The translations under genes were made by a program, and so were the position numbers. DNA of 64,000 bases from an uncultured bacterium. Lineage in GTDB: Bacteria; Actinomycetota; Acidimicrobiia; Spongiisociales; UBA5794. Position 1 is the stretch's first letter. The number at the start of each line of letters is the position of its first letter. The notes below the pieces were generated by a model that searched no databases, was not told where the DNA came from, and saw nothing but the letters and a program-made list of their open reading frames with translations. This document shows, one piece after another, positions 1 through 9,091 of this stretch. Location of the stretch: the NCBI GenBank assembly GCA_963801165.1, contig CAWDDT010000004.1:32001-96000 (forward strand), in the 5' to 3' direction.

Positions 1-72
1 AATCTAAACGATTCAGACTCATATTTCAAGTAAGAGTCGACTAAGAATATTCCAAGTATATGTTTCTCACCC

Positions 73-864
73 ATGAAGAGCCTTTTGATCACAAACGATG
101 ACGGGATCGACGCCCCGGCGCTGGCCCCACTGGCAGCGGAGCTCGGGAAGATCTCGACGGTGACGGTGGCGGCGCCCGGCGGCGAGCGAAGCTGGATCGG
201 CAAGGCCATCACCCGAACCGGTGTCGTTGCCACCGAGAGGGTCATGCGTCACGGCATTGCGATGTGGTCGGTCGACGGCTACCCGGCCGATTGCGTCCAG
301 ATCGGCTCCTACGGGATCCTGGATGCCCGACCGGATCTCGTGGTGTCGGGCATCAACATCGGCTCAAACCGGGGCAGCGCCTTCGCGACTGCAAGCGGCA
401 CCCTCGGTGCCGTCGTCGAGGCTGCCAACACCGGAATCCCCGGGATCGCGTTCTCCGCCATGTCGGTTGGCGACTGGGCAAGCTGGGTGACATGGGTGCG
501 TACCGAGCCGGCGCTGGAGATGTGGACCCGTCTCGCCACGATCGCCGCCGACATTGTTGCCACCCTTTTTGACGCCGGCTTTCCCCCCGGCGTCGACGTG
601 CTCTCGGTGAACCTTCCTCCCGACGCCAACATGGACACGCCTCGTGTGGTGACCACTCTTGCCCGCACCCGGTACGGCCGGTTGTTTGCCGGCAGCAACG
701 GCGTCTATCACCACGAATTCGACGGGATCCTGCATGTGGAGGGAGAGGCCGACGGCTCGGACCTGGCCGCTCTCGACGCCGGTCTCATCTCGATCACCGC
801 GATCCGGATGGCGAACTCGGTCCCGCTGGACGGCTCGCTACGGGAGCGTCTCGAGCGGTCTTAG
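73..864 (+). CDS. surE: 5'/3'-nucleotidase SurE
   Basis: Motifs LLITNDDGIDAP, VDGYPADCV, DLVVSGINIGSN and SGT. Confidence 0.92.
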   Translation: MKSLLITNDDGIDAPALAPLAAELGKISTVTVAAPGGERSWIGKAITRTGVVATERVMRHGIAMWSVDGYPADCVQIGSYGILDARPDLVVSGINIGSNRGSAFATASGTLGAVVEAANTGIPGIAFSAMSVGDWASWVTWVRTEPALEMWTRLATIAADIVATLFDAGFPPGVDVLSVNLPPDANMDTPRVVTTLARTRYGRLFAGSNGVYHHEFDGILHVEGEADGSDLAALDAGLISITAIRMANSVPLDGSLRERLERS

Positions 865-1409
865 CTCTCGGTCAGGTACCGGGTGAGCAGGGTTGTCTGG
901 TTATGCGTGAATCCAACCAGGCGCACCTCGGTGAGCGCACCGGGGTTCTCGTCGAGCCAGGCCTCGACCGCGGTCACGATCACCCGGGCGGCCCGTTCCG
1001 GAGCGAAGCCGTGCGCACCCGAACCCAGTAGAGGAAACGCGACCGAGCGGAGGCCGCGGCTGCGGGCCGCGTCGAGGGCGGCACCGACCGTGTCGGCGAG
1101 GGTGGCGTCGCTGGTGTCGTCGACGAAGTGGGGAGCGACCGCATGGATCACGTGGGAGGCCTGCAACATGCCCCCGGTCGTCACCGCCGCGCCGCCGGGT
1201 GCGACCGGACCGTGCTGTCTGACCCAGGTGTTGGACTCCTCCTGGATGACACGGCCACCGGTGCGGACCACCGCCGCGGCGACGCCCTCGTTGTGTTGGA
1301 GGTTCTCGTTGGCGCTGTTGACGACGGCCTCGACGGGTTGCCGGGTGACGTCACCCTCGAGCGCGAGGATGTTCGCCCCGGCGACTCTCTTCAGCTCGCC
1401 CGTTTCCAT
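861..1409 (-). CDS. Macro domain protein (YmdB/ADP-ribose-binding family)
   Basis: GDVT, VVNSAN, VIHAVAP and SVAFPLLGSG match the macrodomain pattern; the Gly-rich loop is atypical. Confidence 0.85.
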   Translation of the reverse strand: METGELKRVAGANILALEGDVTRQPVEAVVNSANENLQHNEGVAAAVVRTGGRVIQEESNTWVRQHGPVAPGGAAVTTGGMLQASHVIHAVAPHFVDDTSDATLADTVGAALDAARSRGLRSVAFPLLGSGAHGFAPERAARVIVTAVEAWLDENPGALTEVRLVGFTHNQTTLLTRYLTES

Positions 1410-1418
1410 GACCCCAGC

Positions 1419-2096
1419 CTAGGTGTGTGGCTGCGTGCCCGGGCTGTTGCGGAGCAGCCGGATGGTTTCCCCGTACATCCGCTCCTTTATCGTCGTCAGC
1501 GTGATGCGGTCTTTGCCGGCCTGCTCTGCGGCAATCTCGATCGCCTTTGGCAACACCTGGTCCTCAGCGACCGCGTGATGGACGATGTGGAGCCTTGCGG
1601 CGTCCTCGCCCCCGATCCTGCGTCCCGTGACCATGACCTCGTGCGCCGCCGTGATGGTCATCCGTGACCGGATCAGCGAGTTCATACCAGGCGTGAACGG
1701 GATCCCGATGTCGACCTCGGGGAGGCAGAAGAACCCGCGGTCGGCCCGCATGACGCGAAAGTCGTGGGTGAGAGCCAGCATCGCGCCCGCCGCAAAAGTG
1801 TGGCCGTTGCAGGCAGCGACGGTGATGTAGGGGGAGGACAGGACCCGGGCGAGGAGGCACTCAACCTCGGCAACAAAGCTCGGCATGTCGACCTCGCCGC
1901 CGAGAAGCCAGTCGAGGTCGAGGCCGTTCGAGAAGAATTTGCCGGAGCCCGTCGTGACCAGCGCCAGCGGATCGGCCGCCCCATCGACGGCGTCCAGCGC
2001 GGCGTTCATCTCGTCGAGCCACCCGCGATTCATACGGTTCTCGCCGTCGTCCATGGTTAGGACGAAGACATCGCCGCGCCGGTCGAGGCTCACCAA
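1419..2096 (-). CDS. Enoyl-CoA hydratase/isomerase (crotonase) family protein
   Basis: FFSNGLDL, AACNGHTFAAGAML, LPEVDIG. Confidence 0.9.
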   Translation of the reverse strand: MVSLDRRGDVFVLTMDDGENRMNRGWLDEMNAALDAVDGAADPLALVTTGSGKFFSNGLDLDWLLGGEVDMPSFVAEVECLLARVLSSPYITVAACNGHTFAAGAMLALTHDFRVMRADRGFFCLPEVDIGIPFTPGMNSLIRSRMTITAAHEVMVTGRRIGGEDAARLHIVHHAVAEDQVLPKAIEIAAEQAGKDRITLTTIKERMYGETIRLLRNSPGTQPHT

Positions 2097-2140
2097 TCGA
2101 TTACTCCAATCGTCGAGGTGCTCACGGTAGTCTTCCCGCC

Positions 2141-2512
2141 ATGAGCGAACCCTCTGATCCGGCTGCCGGCGAGGTATCCCTACTCGTTACCGCGGGCGAC
2201 ACGGCGCTGGAGCATCACTCCGGAGATGTGCCCGTCCTGGCCACGCCCCGCGTGCTCGCCCTCGCCGAGCAGGCGGCCTTCCTGTCGTATGCGCGACGGG
2301 TCGGCGAGGAGCAGACGACAGTCGGTGTGTTCGCGGAGATCCACCACGTCAAGGCGACCAGCGTGGGTGAGCGCGTTACCGCCCGCGCCGAATTGGTCGA
2401 AGCGGACGAGAAGAATCTGTTCTTCAAATTCACGGTGACCCAGGGCGACGAGATGGTCGCCTTTGGAACGCATCGGCGGGTAATCGTCGATCGGACGCCG
2501 TTCCTCGGCTGA
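2141..2512 (+). CDS. Hotdog-fold thioesterase (FlK-like)
   Basis: SGDVPVLATP, E, TVG-x5-HH, GTHRR. Confidence 0.88.
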   Translation: MSEPSDPAAGEVSLLVTAGDTALEHHSGDVPVLATPRVLALAEQAAFLSYARRVGEEQTTVGVFAEIHHVKATSVGERVTARAELVEADEKNLFFKFTVTQGDEMVAFGTHRRVIVDRTPFLG

Positions 2513-2552
2513 AATACCTCCGACGGCACAGACGCGAGCTAGCATCGAACAA

Positions 2553-4583
2553 ATGTTCGTACCCGTGCCCGAGTCCCCGGGTTGGCTGGCCGACCTCAAC
2601 CGAGAGCAGCGCGCTGCCGTTCTGCACGACGGCGGACCATTGCTCGTCATCGCCGGTGCCGGCAGCGGGAAGACACGGACTCTCGCCAGTAGGGTCGCCC
2701 GGCTCATCGACGACGGGGCCCCACCGGAGCGGATCCTGCTGCTGACCTTCACCCGACGGGCCGCAGGGGAGATGCTGCGGAGGGCGGGGGCGTTCGTCGA
2801 TCGGCAGGCGACCGGCCGGGTATGGGGTGGCACCTTTCACTCGATCGCCAACCGGCTGCTCCGCCGCAACGCAACCGCAGTAGGTCTCCGCGACGGTTTC
2901 ACGGTTCTGGATCAGAGTGACTCGAGCGGTCTGTTTGGCCTGATCCGCGCCGAGTCGGGACACGCTGATGGCAAGGTCCGCTTTCCCAGACAGGAGACCA
3001 TTGCTGCCATCTACTCACGGGCGGTCAACGCTCAGGAGAAGCTCGGCGAGGTCCTCGACGAGCGCTTTCCCTGGTGCCGGGATCATGGCGAGGAACTAAA
3101 GGAGATCTTCCGCGGCTACACCGATCGCAAGCGCCGGCACAACGTCGTCGACTTCGACGACCTACTCCTCTACTGGCGGGCGCTGCTCGAGTCTCCGGAT
3201 GGGGACGCCGTCCGGTCGCTGTTCGATCACGTGCTCGTCGACGAATACCAGGACACCAACCGGATCCAGGCCGACATCCTCCGCCTGCTCACGGCATCCC
3301 ACGGCAACGTCACAGTTGTCGGTGACGACGCCCAGGCCATCTACTCCTTCAGGGCAGCCTCCGTCGCCAACATGCTTGAGTTTCCGGAGACCTTCCCCGA
3401 CACCACCGTTATCAAACTGGAGCAGAACTACCGATCGACACCGGAGATCCTCTCTGCCGCCAATGCGGTCATGGCTGCCGGCACCGGCACGTTTCCCAAG
3501 GAGCTGTGGTCGGGTCGGCCGTCCGGGCCTCGACCGGCGCTCGTGAAGTGCGTCGACGAAGCCGCCCAGGCAGATTACGTCTGCGATCTGGTTCTCGAGA
3601 TGCGCGAGTTCGGGATTCCGTTGCGTGACCAGGCGGTGCTGTTCCGCACCAGCCATCACAGCGACGGGCTCGAGATCGAGCTGAGCAGGAGAAAGATCCC
3701 CTACAAGAAGTTTGGCGGGATGCGCTTCCTCGAGGCCGGGCACGTCAAGGATCTGATGGCCATGCTGCGGATCCTCGACAACCCGCACGACGAGCTCGCC
3801 TGGTATCGGGTTCTCCAGCTCATCCCCGGCATTGGGCCGGCGACCGCGGGGCGCATCATGGGCGATCTCACCAGCGGTGCCGGGAGCCCGGTGCGCCGGT
3901 TCTGTGAGGGCTCGTTCCCCGTTGTCGCCGAGTCACGCCCGTTCCTGGTCGAGCTTCAGGATGGTCTTGGCGATTGCAACATCGGGAACCTCGGCCCGGG
4001 GGCGCAGATCGAACGGCTCATCCCGTTCGCCCGGGGTGTCATCGAGCGCAACTATGACGACGCTGCCGTGCGTGTGGCCGACATCGCCCAGCTTCGCGAC
4101 ATCGCCTCGAGCTATCGCGACCGGAGCCGCTTTCTCGCCGAGGTCACGCTCGACCCGCCGCACTCGACCACCGAGGTCGGGCCGCCGCATCTCGACGATG
4201 ACTATCTCGTCTTGAGCACGATTCATTCCGCCAAGGGTGGGGAGTGGCCGGCGGTGTACGTGATCCACGCCAGCGACGGCAACATCCCGTCGGACATGGC
4301 GCTGAATGAGCCCGGCGGTGTCGAGGAGGAACGGCGCCTGCTCTACGTAGCCCTCACCAGGGCGCAGGATCATCTCGCCGTCACCTTTCCCCAGCGGTTC
4401 TATCACCGTCGCTTCGGGGGCGACGGCAGACACAGCTACGCCGTTCCGAGCCGGTTTCTCGACGCGGCGATCGACCATTTCGAGCCGGTGGTCGCCGGTG
4501 TCCCGGAGGAAGAGGGCGGTGCGATCACGGCTTCCGGCGGCAAAGACACCGTTGCCGCGGTGCTCGAGTCACTCTGGGAGTAG
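2553..4583 (+). CDS. UvrD/PcrA/Rep family SF1 ATP-dependent DNA helicase
   Basis: Walker A AGAGSGKT, VDEYQDTN, VVGDDAQAIYSFR, STIHSAKG, EEERRLLYVALTRA. Confidence 0.95.
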   Translation: MFVPVPESPGWLADLNREQRAAVLHDGGPLLVIAGAGSGKTRTLASRVARLIDDGAPPERILLLTFTRRAAGEMLRRAGAFVDRQATGRVWGGTFHSIANRLLRRNATAVGLRDGFTVLDQSDSSGLFGLIRAESGHADGKVRFPRQETIAAIYSRAVNAQEKLGEVLDERFPWCRDHGEELKEIFRGYTDRKRRHNVVDFDDLLLYWRALLESPDGDAVRSLFDHVLVDEYQDTNRIQADILRLLTASHGNVTVVGDDAQAIYSFRAASVANMLEFPETFPDTTVIKLEQNYRSTPEILSAANAVMAAGTGTFPKELWSGRPSGPRPALVKCVDEAAQADYVCDLVLEMREFGIPLRDQAVLFRTSHHSDGLEIELSRRKIPYKKFGGMRFLEAGHVKDLMAMLRILDNPHDELAWYRVLQLIPGIGPATAGRIMGDLTSGAGSPVRRFCEGSFPVVAESRPFLVELQDGLGDCNIGNLGPGAQIERLIPFARGVIERNYDDAAVRVADIAQLRDIASSYRDRSRFLAEVTLDPPHSTTEVGPPHLDDDYLVLSTIHSAKGGEWPAVYVIHASDGNIPSDMALNEPGGVEEERRLLYVALTRAQDHLAVTFPQRFYHRRFGGDGRHSYAVPSRFLDAAIDHFEPVVAGVPEEEGGAITASGGKDTVAAVLESLWE

Positions 4584-4587
4584 CCGC

Positions 4588-5475
4588 TCAATGCGGTTGT
4601 AGCACCTTGTGGTGAATCCACTCGTCGACGAGTTCCACGAACAGGGCGGGGTTTTCGATCATGGGGGTATGCCCCATGCCCTCGATCATCTGGAAGTCCC
4701 AGTCCGGGCGCTCATTGGCCGCCCACCGGGCGGACGTGGGGTGGACCACACGGTCGTCGGTGCCGTGGATCAGCAAGGTCGGTTGCGAGATCTGGTGGAG
4801 GGTCTTGCGAAATCGCCTGCTCGAGGCAAGCTCGACGGCGATCGACCGGGCGGCCTCGGTGAACGCGGGGATGCTCCACTCCATCTCGCGCCTGGCACGG
4901 GCCATCTCGATTGCCGCGGCCCGGTGCAGCGGGCGCACCTCGGCCCCCCGGCTCAGCACCAGCCGGAACGTCTCGTCTACTTCCTGTTCGACGGTTCGCT
5001 CGTGGTAGTAGTAGCGGGCGGCATTGTTGCCGAGCAGCGGCACCAGCGGCCAGGCGAGACGCTGCGACTCCAGCGACAGCGACTTAACCGATACGATCGG
5101 GAGCGCCGTGTTGACGAGCACCAGACCGGCGACCAGGTCGGGGTGGCTCACGGCGGTGAGCATCGAGACGAGCCCGCCCATCGAGTTGCCGACCAGGATC
5201 ACCTGCTCGTCGCTCAGCGCATCGGCAAACCGGGCGAGCATCTCGGCGTTGCTGCGTACGGTTGCCTTGCGGCCATGGGGTGGAGTGAACCCGTGCCCGA
5301 TGAGATCGACGGCAAAGACGCGGTAGCTCTGGCCGAGCGCTTCGAAGACCGGGTACCACGAGATGTAGCTGGCTCCGATGCCATGCACCAGGACCATCAC
5401 CGGACCGCCGTCACCGGTCGCTACGTAGTGAACCGATCCGTCGACATCGATGAAGTGCGATCGCATGGGCGCCAC
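4588..5475 (-). CDS. Alpha/beta hydrolase
   Basis: HG oxyanion motif, GNSMGG nucleophile elbow, C-terminal GH. Confidence 0.9.
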   Translation of the reverse strand: MAPMRSHFIDVDGSVHYVATGDGGPVMVLVHGIGASYISWYPVFEALGQSYRVFAVDLIGHGFTPPHGRKATVRSNAEMLARFADALSDEQVILVGNSMGGLVSMLTAVSHPDLVAGLVLVNTALPIVSVKSLSLESQRLAWPLVPLLGNNAARYYYHERTVEQEVDETFRLVLSRGAEVRPLHRAAAIEMARARREMEWSIPAFTEAARSIAVELASSRRFRKTLHQISQPTLLIHGTDDRVVHPTSARWAANERPDWDFQMIEGMGHTPMIENPALFVELVDEWIHHKVLQPH

Positions 5476-5576
5476 GGTAGTCGGCGGCCGACATCACCGG
5501 TCAATCCTCCCTGCCCTCCGACCGCCGGTACTCTCGACCAGGTTCGTGGCCAGATCCTGCTACGAGTTTTGATACC

Positions 5577-6383
5577 TCAGACGGGCGATTCCACGATGCG
5601 TGACGCACCGCAATAGACGTTGCAGGAGCCATCCCGGACGAACCCGGCGACCGTCATCCCCAGCTCGTCGCCCAACTCGACGGCCAGCGACGATGCGGCT
5701 GAAACTCCGCAGACGACAGGGATGCCGACCACGGCGCATTTCTGTACGATCTCGAAGCTCACCCGCCCCGACACCATCGCTACGAAGTCGTGCAGGGGCC
5801 AGTGCCTTCCGGCAAGATCCCCAATCAGCTTGTCCACAGCGTTGTGGCGCCCGATGTCCTCGCGGATTGCCACCAATTCGCCGTCGGCAGTGAACCCCGC
5901 GGCAGCGTGGATACCCCCGGTCAGGTCGAACTCAGACTGGGCCGCCCGCATTGTCTCCGGCATCCGGGCGATGATGGTCATGTCTAGCTGTGGTCCCGGT
6001 GCGAGAGGTGGCGCTGCGATCAGGACCGCATCGATCGACGCCTTGCCGCATACTCCGCACGATGACGACGTGTAGGTGTTTCTCCTGAACTGATCCGGGT
6101 CAACGGTGACACCCGGGGCGAGCACGAGGTTCCAGCGATCGTCGTCGGCAGTGACGCCGGCGCGCTCGATCCCGACGAACTCGCCGGGTTTCGAGATGAT
6201 CGACTCGCTGAGTGCGAAGCCACGGGCCAGGACCTCGTCGTCGCCGGGGGAGCGCATCAACACGGCAACAGGAACACCGGACAGACGGAACTCCACCGGC
6301 CGCTCGACGACCAGAGCGTCATCAACCGAGTCACGCCGGCCGGGACCGAGCCGCTCGATTCGGCGGATAGCGGACTTGCTCAT
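5577..6383 (-). CDS. fdhD: Formate dehydrogenase accessory sulfurtransferase FdhD
   Basis: SSCGVCGK, TGGIHAAA, REDIGRHNAVDK, SGRVSFEIVQK; ATG at 6383 overlaps the upstream stop. Confidence 0.93.
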   Translation of the reverse strand: MSKSAIRRIERLGPGRRDSVDDALVVERPVEFRLSGVPVAVLMRSPGDDEVLARGFALSESIISKPGEFVGIERAGVTADDDRWNLVLAPGVTVDPDQFRRNTYTSSSCGVCGKASIDAVLIAAPPLAPGPQLDMTIIARMPETMRAAQSEFDLTGGIHAAAGFTADGELVAIREDIGRHNAVDKLIGDLAGRHWPLHDFVAMVSGRVSFEIVQKCAVVGIPVVCGVSAASSLAVELGDELGMTVAGFVRDGSCNVYCGASRIVESPV

Positions 6384-7237
6384 GTCGATACGTGGGCGTA
6401 TCCGAAGCGGCCCTTGATGCAGAGGTGCCCGTGGGTGACGGAGTGATCGGACGGTGAGGTCACCTTGACGATCTCGTTGTCCTGGACGTGCAGCTCCAGG
6501 TTGCACCCGACCCCGCAGTACGGGCAGATGGTCGTGGTGACCGCCTGCTTGCTCTCGTCCCAGGTGCCTTCCGCCCTCATGTCGTACTCGGTCTTGACCA
6601 TCAGCGCACCGGTCGGGCACACAGCGACACAGTTGCCGCAGTACACGCAGGCTGAATCGGGAAGGGTCACGTCGAACTCGGTCGAGATCTCGCTGGCGAA
6701 GCCACGCCCCGCCGCAGTGATGGCGAACGTGTTCTGGGCATCTGAGCCACACGCGGAGACGCACCGAAAACACAAGACGCACTTCGAGTAGTCCCGGATG
6801 TACAGATCGTCCTGGATCTTTACCGGCTGCGCCACGGTGGCAGGTTCGTTGCCGAACCGACCGGCGTCGACGTGGTAGCGGTCCATCCAGGCGTGGGTCG
6901 TGTCGTCGACGAGCGACATGTCGACCGATGACGCCAGCAGTTCGTAGACCAGCTTGCGGTTCTTGGCGATCCTGTCGCTTTCCGTCGTGATCTCCATCCC
7001 CTCGGTCACCTCCCGCGAGCAGGAAGGGACCAGGGTGCGTGACCCGCTCACTTCGACCACGCAGACTCGGCAGGCGCTGGGCGGTGTCAGGTTGTCGAGA
7101 TAGCACAGCGTCGGCACGGGGACGTCGTTGCGGCGGCAGGCATCGAGGATGGTGCTCCCGGCCGGGACGGCGACCGGTTGCCCGTCGAGGGTGACGTTGA
7201 CGAGCGGCCGTGGCTCCGGCAGCGGCATGGCGGTCAT
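6380..7237 (-). CDS. Formate dehydrogenase Fe-S subunit (2Fe-2S, two 4Fe-4S motifs, and a C-terminal molybdopterin-proximal 4Fe-4S domain)
   Basis: PTLC..CRVC..C, CVLCFRCVSAC, CVYCGNCVAVCP, CPYCGVGC..LCIKGRFG; resembles the N-terminal part of FdsA/NuoG; ATGA coupling at 7234-7237. Confidence 0.9.
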   Translation of the reverse strand: MTAMPLPEPRPLVNVTLDGQPVAVPAGSTILDACRRNDVPVPTLCYLDNLTPPSACRVCVVEVSGSRTLVPSCSREVTEGMEITTESDRIAKNRKLVYELLASSVDMSLVDDTTHAWMDRYHVDAGRFGNEPATVAQPVKIQDDLYIRDYSKCVLCFRCVSACGSDAQNTFAITAAGRGFASEISTEFDVTLPDSACVYCGNCVAVCPTGALMVKTEYDMRAEGTWDESKQAVTTTICPYCGVGCNLELHVQDNEIVKVTSPSDHSVTHGHLCIKGRFGYAHVST

Positions 7238-9003
7238 CTGTTGCCTCCGATCAGACCTTGCTGTAGCGCCGATTGCACCGCCCAGGAGGCGGCGTGGCCG
7301 AAGCCACAGATCGAGGAGTCGCCCATCACCAGGGCCAGGTCGGCGAGAACCGTGTCCTCGCCTGCGCCTCCTGCGGCGAGACGGAGCAGCGACTCCTCCT
7401 GGCGCATGGTGCCCACCCGGCACGGAACACATTGGCCACACGACTCGTCACGGAAGAAGGCGCCGATACGCACGAGCAGGTCGGTGAAGTCTGTCTGGTC
7501 GTTGAAGACCATGACCACTCCGGAGCCAAGCGATACCCCTGCAGCCCGCGCTGCTTCGAAAGTCAGCGGGAGATCGAGCTTGTCCTCCAGGAGAAACGCA
7601 CCTGCCGCCCCGCCGGCGAGCGCAGCCCGGAAGGTACCGGTGACGCCACCCGCGATGTCGATCAGGTCCTGAAGCGTTGCCCCGAACTCGACTTCGTAGG
7701 AGCCGGGGCGGGTGACATCGCCGGAAAGACAGAAGATCTTGGTCCCGGTCGACTCGGCCGTTCCGATCCGGGCGAACGCCTCACCGCCATCGGCGACGAT
7801 TTGCAGCACGTTCACCAGCGTTTCGACGTTGTTGATGACCGTCGGCTTGCCGAACAGACCGGCCTGCGTGGGGAACGGAGGTTTCTGGCGGGGCATGCCG
7901 CGGAAGCCCTCGATGGAGTTGAAAAGTGCCGTCTCTTCTCCGCAGATGTAGGCGCCGGCGCCGCGTCTGACCTCGATGTCGAACCGAAATCCCCGCCCGG
8001 CGACATCGGTGCCCAGCAGACCCACGGCCCGCGCCCGGCCGACCGCCGTCTCGAACCGATGTTGAGCTACCGGGTATTCACCCCTGATGTATAGATATCC
8101 CTGCTCGGCGCCGATGGCAAACCCGGCGATGGTCATTGCCTCGACGACGGCAAACGGATCCGATTCGAGAAGAACGCGGTCCTTGAAGGTCCCCGGTTCG
8201 GACTCGTCGGCGTTGCAGACCAGGTATTTGGTGTCCGCAGGCTCGTCGGCGACGGCCCGCCACTTGATCCCTGTGGGGAATGCTGCCCCGCCGCGTCCGC
8301 GGAGGCCTGCGGCGACGACCGCGGCGATGACCTCGTCACGACCCATGGTCACGGCGTGGTCGAGGCTCCGGTAGCCGCCCAGAGCGCGATAGTCGTCGAG
8401 GCTGGACGGGTCGGTTCGACCCACTCGTACCAGCAGACGATCTCCCTCGGCCACCACCGGGCCGTCGACGTCGCCGTCGACGGCGGTCCCTTCGAGTACG
8501 GCACGGACGTCCTGTTTGCGCACATCGGTGAGCACGACGTCGCTCTGCCCGGCAATCTGGATGAACACGGCCGGGGCGCGATCGCACTGGCCGAGACACG
8601 GGCTGGGGTGAATGTCGTCCCTGTCGCCCAGATCTTCGAGGATCTCGAGGCCACCGGCGTTGCGGCAGGCGAGGTCGTCACATACGTGGGCGACACGGGT
8701 GGGGCGCTCCTCGGTCGCCAGCAGTGAATAGAAAGAGGCTACGCCGTACGCGTCGGCGAGCGGGACCTGGACTCTCTCGCAAACGTAGTTGAGCGCACCC
8801 CGGCTTATGTAGCCGACGGCCCCCTGCACGGCCCATAGCGCCGGGAGCAGCAAGTTCCGCTCGGCCATGGCACCGTGGAGACCGCCGAGTGCGGCCCTCC
8901 CCCCTGCGATCAACCCGAGCCCGTCGGTAGCGGAGCCGAGCAGCCCATCGACTGCGGCTCGTTCCTCCGCCGTTGCCAGATCCGACATCAGGTGTAGCTC
9001 TAT
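7234..9003 (-). CDS. NuoE-NuoF-like fused diaphorase subunit of NAD-linked formate dehydrogenase
   Basis: CDDLAC..CLGQC (2Fe-2S), GRGGAAFPTG, NADESEPG, GAGAYICGEETAL, ESCGQCVPC; start is ATA 9003 or ATG 8988. Confidence 0.9.
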   Translation of the reverse strand: MELHLMSDLATAEERAAVDGLLGSATDGLGLIAGGRAALGGLHGAMAERNLLLPALWAVQGAVGYISRGALNYVCERVQVPLADAYGVASFYSLLATEERPTRVAHVCDDLACRNAGGLEILEDLGDRDDIHPSPCLGQCDRAPAVFIQIAGQSDVVLTDVRKQDVRAVLEGTAVDGDVDGPVVAEGDRLLVRVGRTDPSSLDDYRALGGYRSLDHAVTMGRDEVIAAVVAAGLRGRGGAAFPTGIKWRAVADEPADTKYLVCNADESEPGTFKDRVLLESDPFAVVEAMTIAGFAIGAEQGYLYIRGEYPVAQHRFETAVGRARAVGLLGTDVAGRGFRFDIEVRRGAGAYICGEETALFNSIEGFRGMPRQKPPFPTQAGLFGKPTVINNVETLVNVLQIVADGGEAFARIGTAESTGTKIFCLSGDVTRPGSYEVEFGATLQDLIDIAGGVTGTFRAALAGGAAGAFLLEDKLDLPLTFEAARAAGVSLGSGVVMVFNDQTDFTDLLVRIGAFFRDESCGQCVPCRVGTMRQEESLLRLAAGGAGEDTVLADLALVMGDSSICGFGHAASWAVQSALQQGLIGGNR

Positions 9004-9091
9004 GGTGCCCTCCGTCCTCCTTCGGAACACACTAACAGTCGGTCCCGGCTGCACCCGGTGTGTATGCTCGGAGATACGGAAAGGAGGTGAG

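Noticed and set aside
2553-4583. UvrD helicase plus macrodomain as an antiphage system
   Set aside because: No nuclease or effector partner; the neighbours are metabolic genes
5577-7106. 509-aa extended FdhD
   Set aside because: The extension overlaps the Fe-S gene in another frame; the coupled start at 6383 fits better
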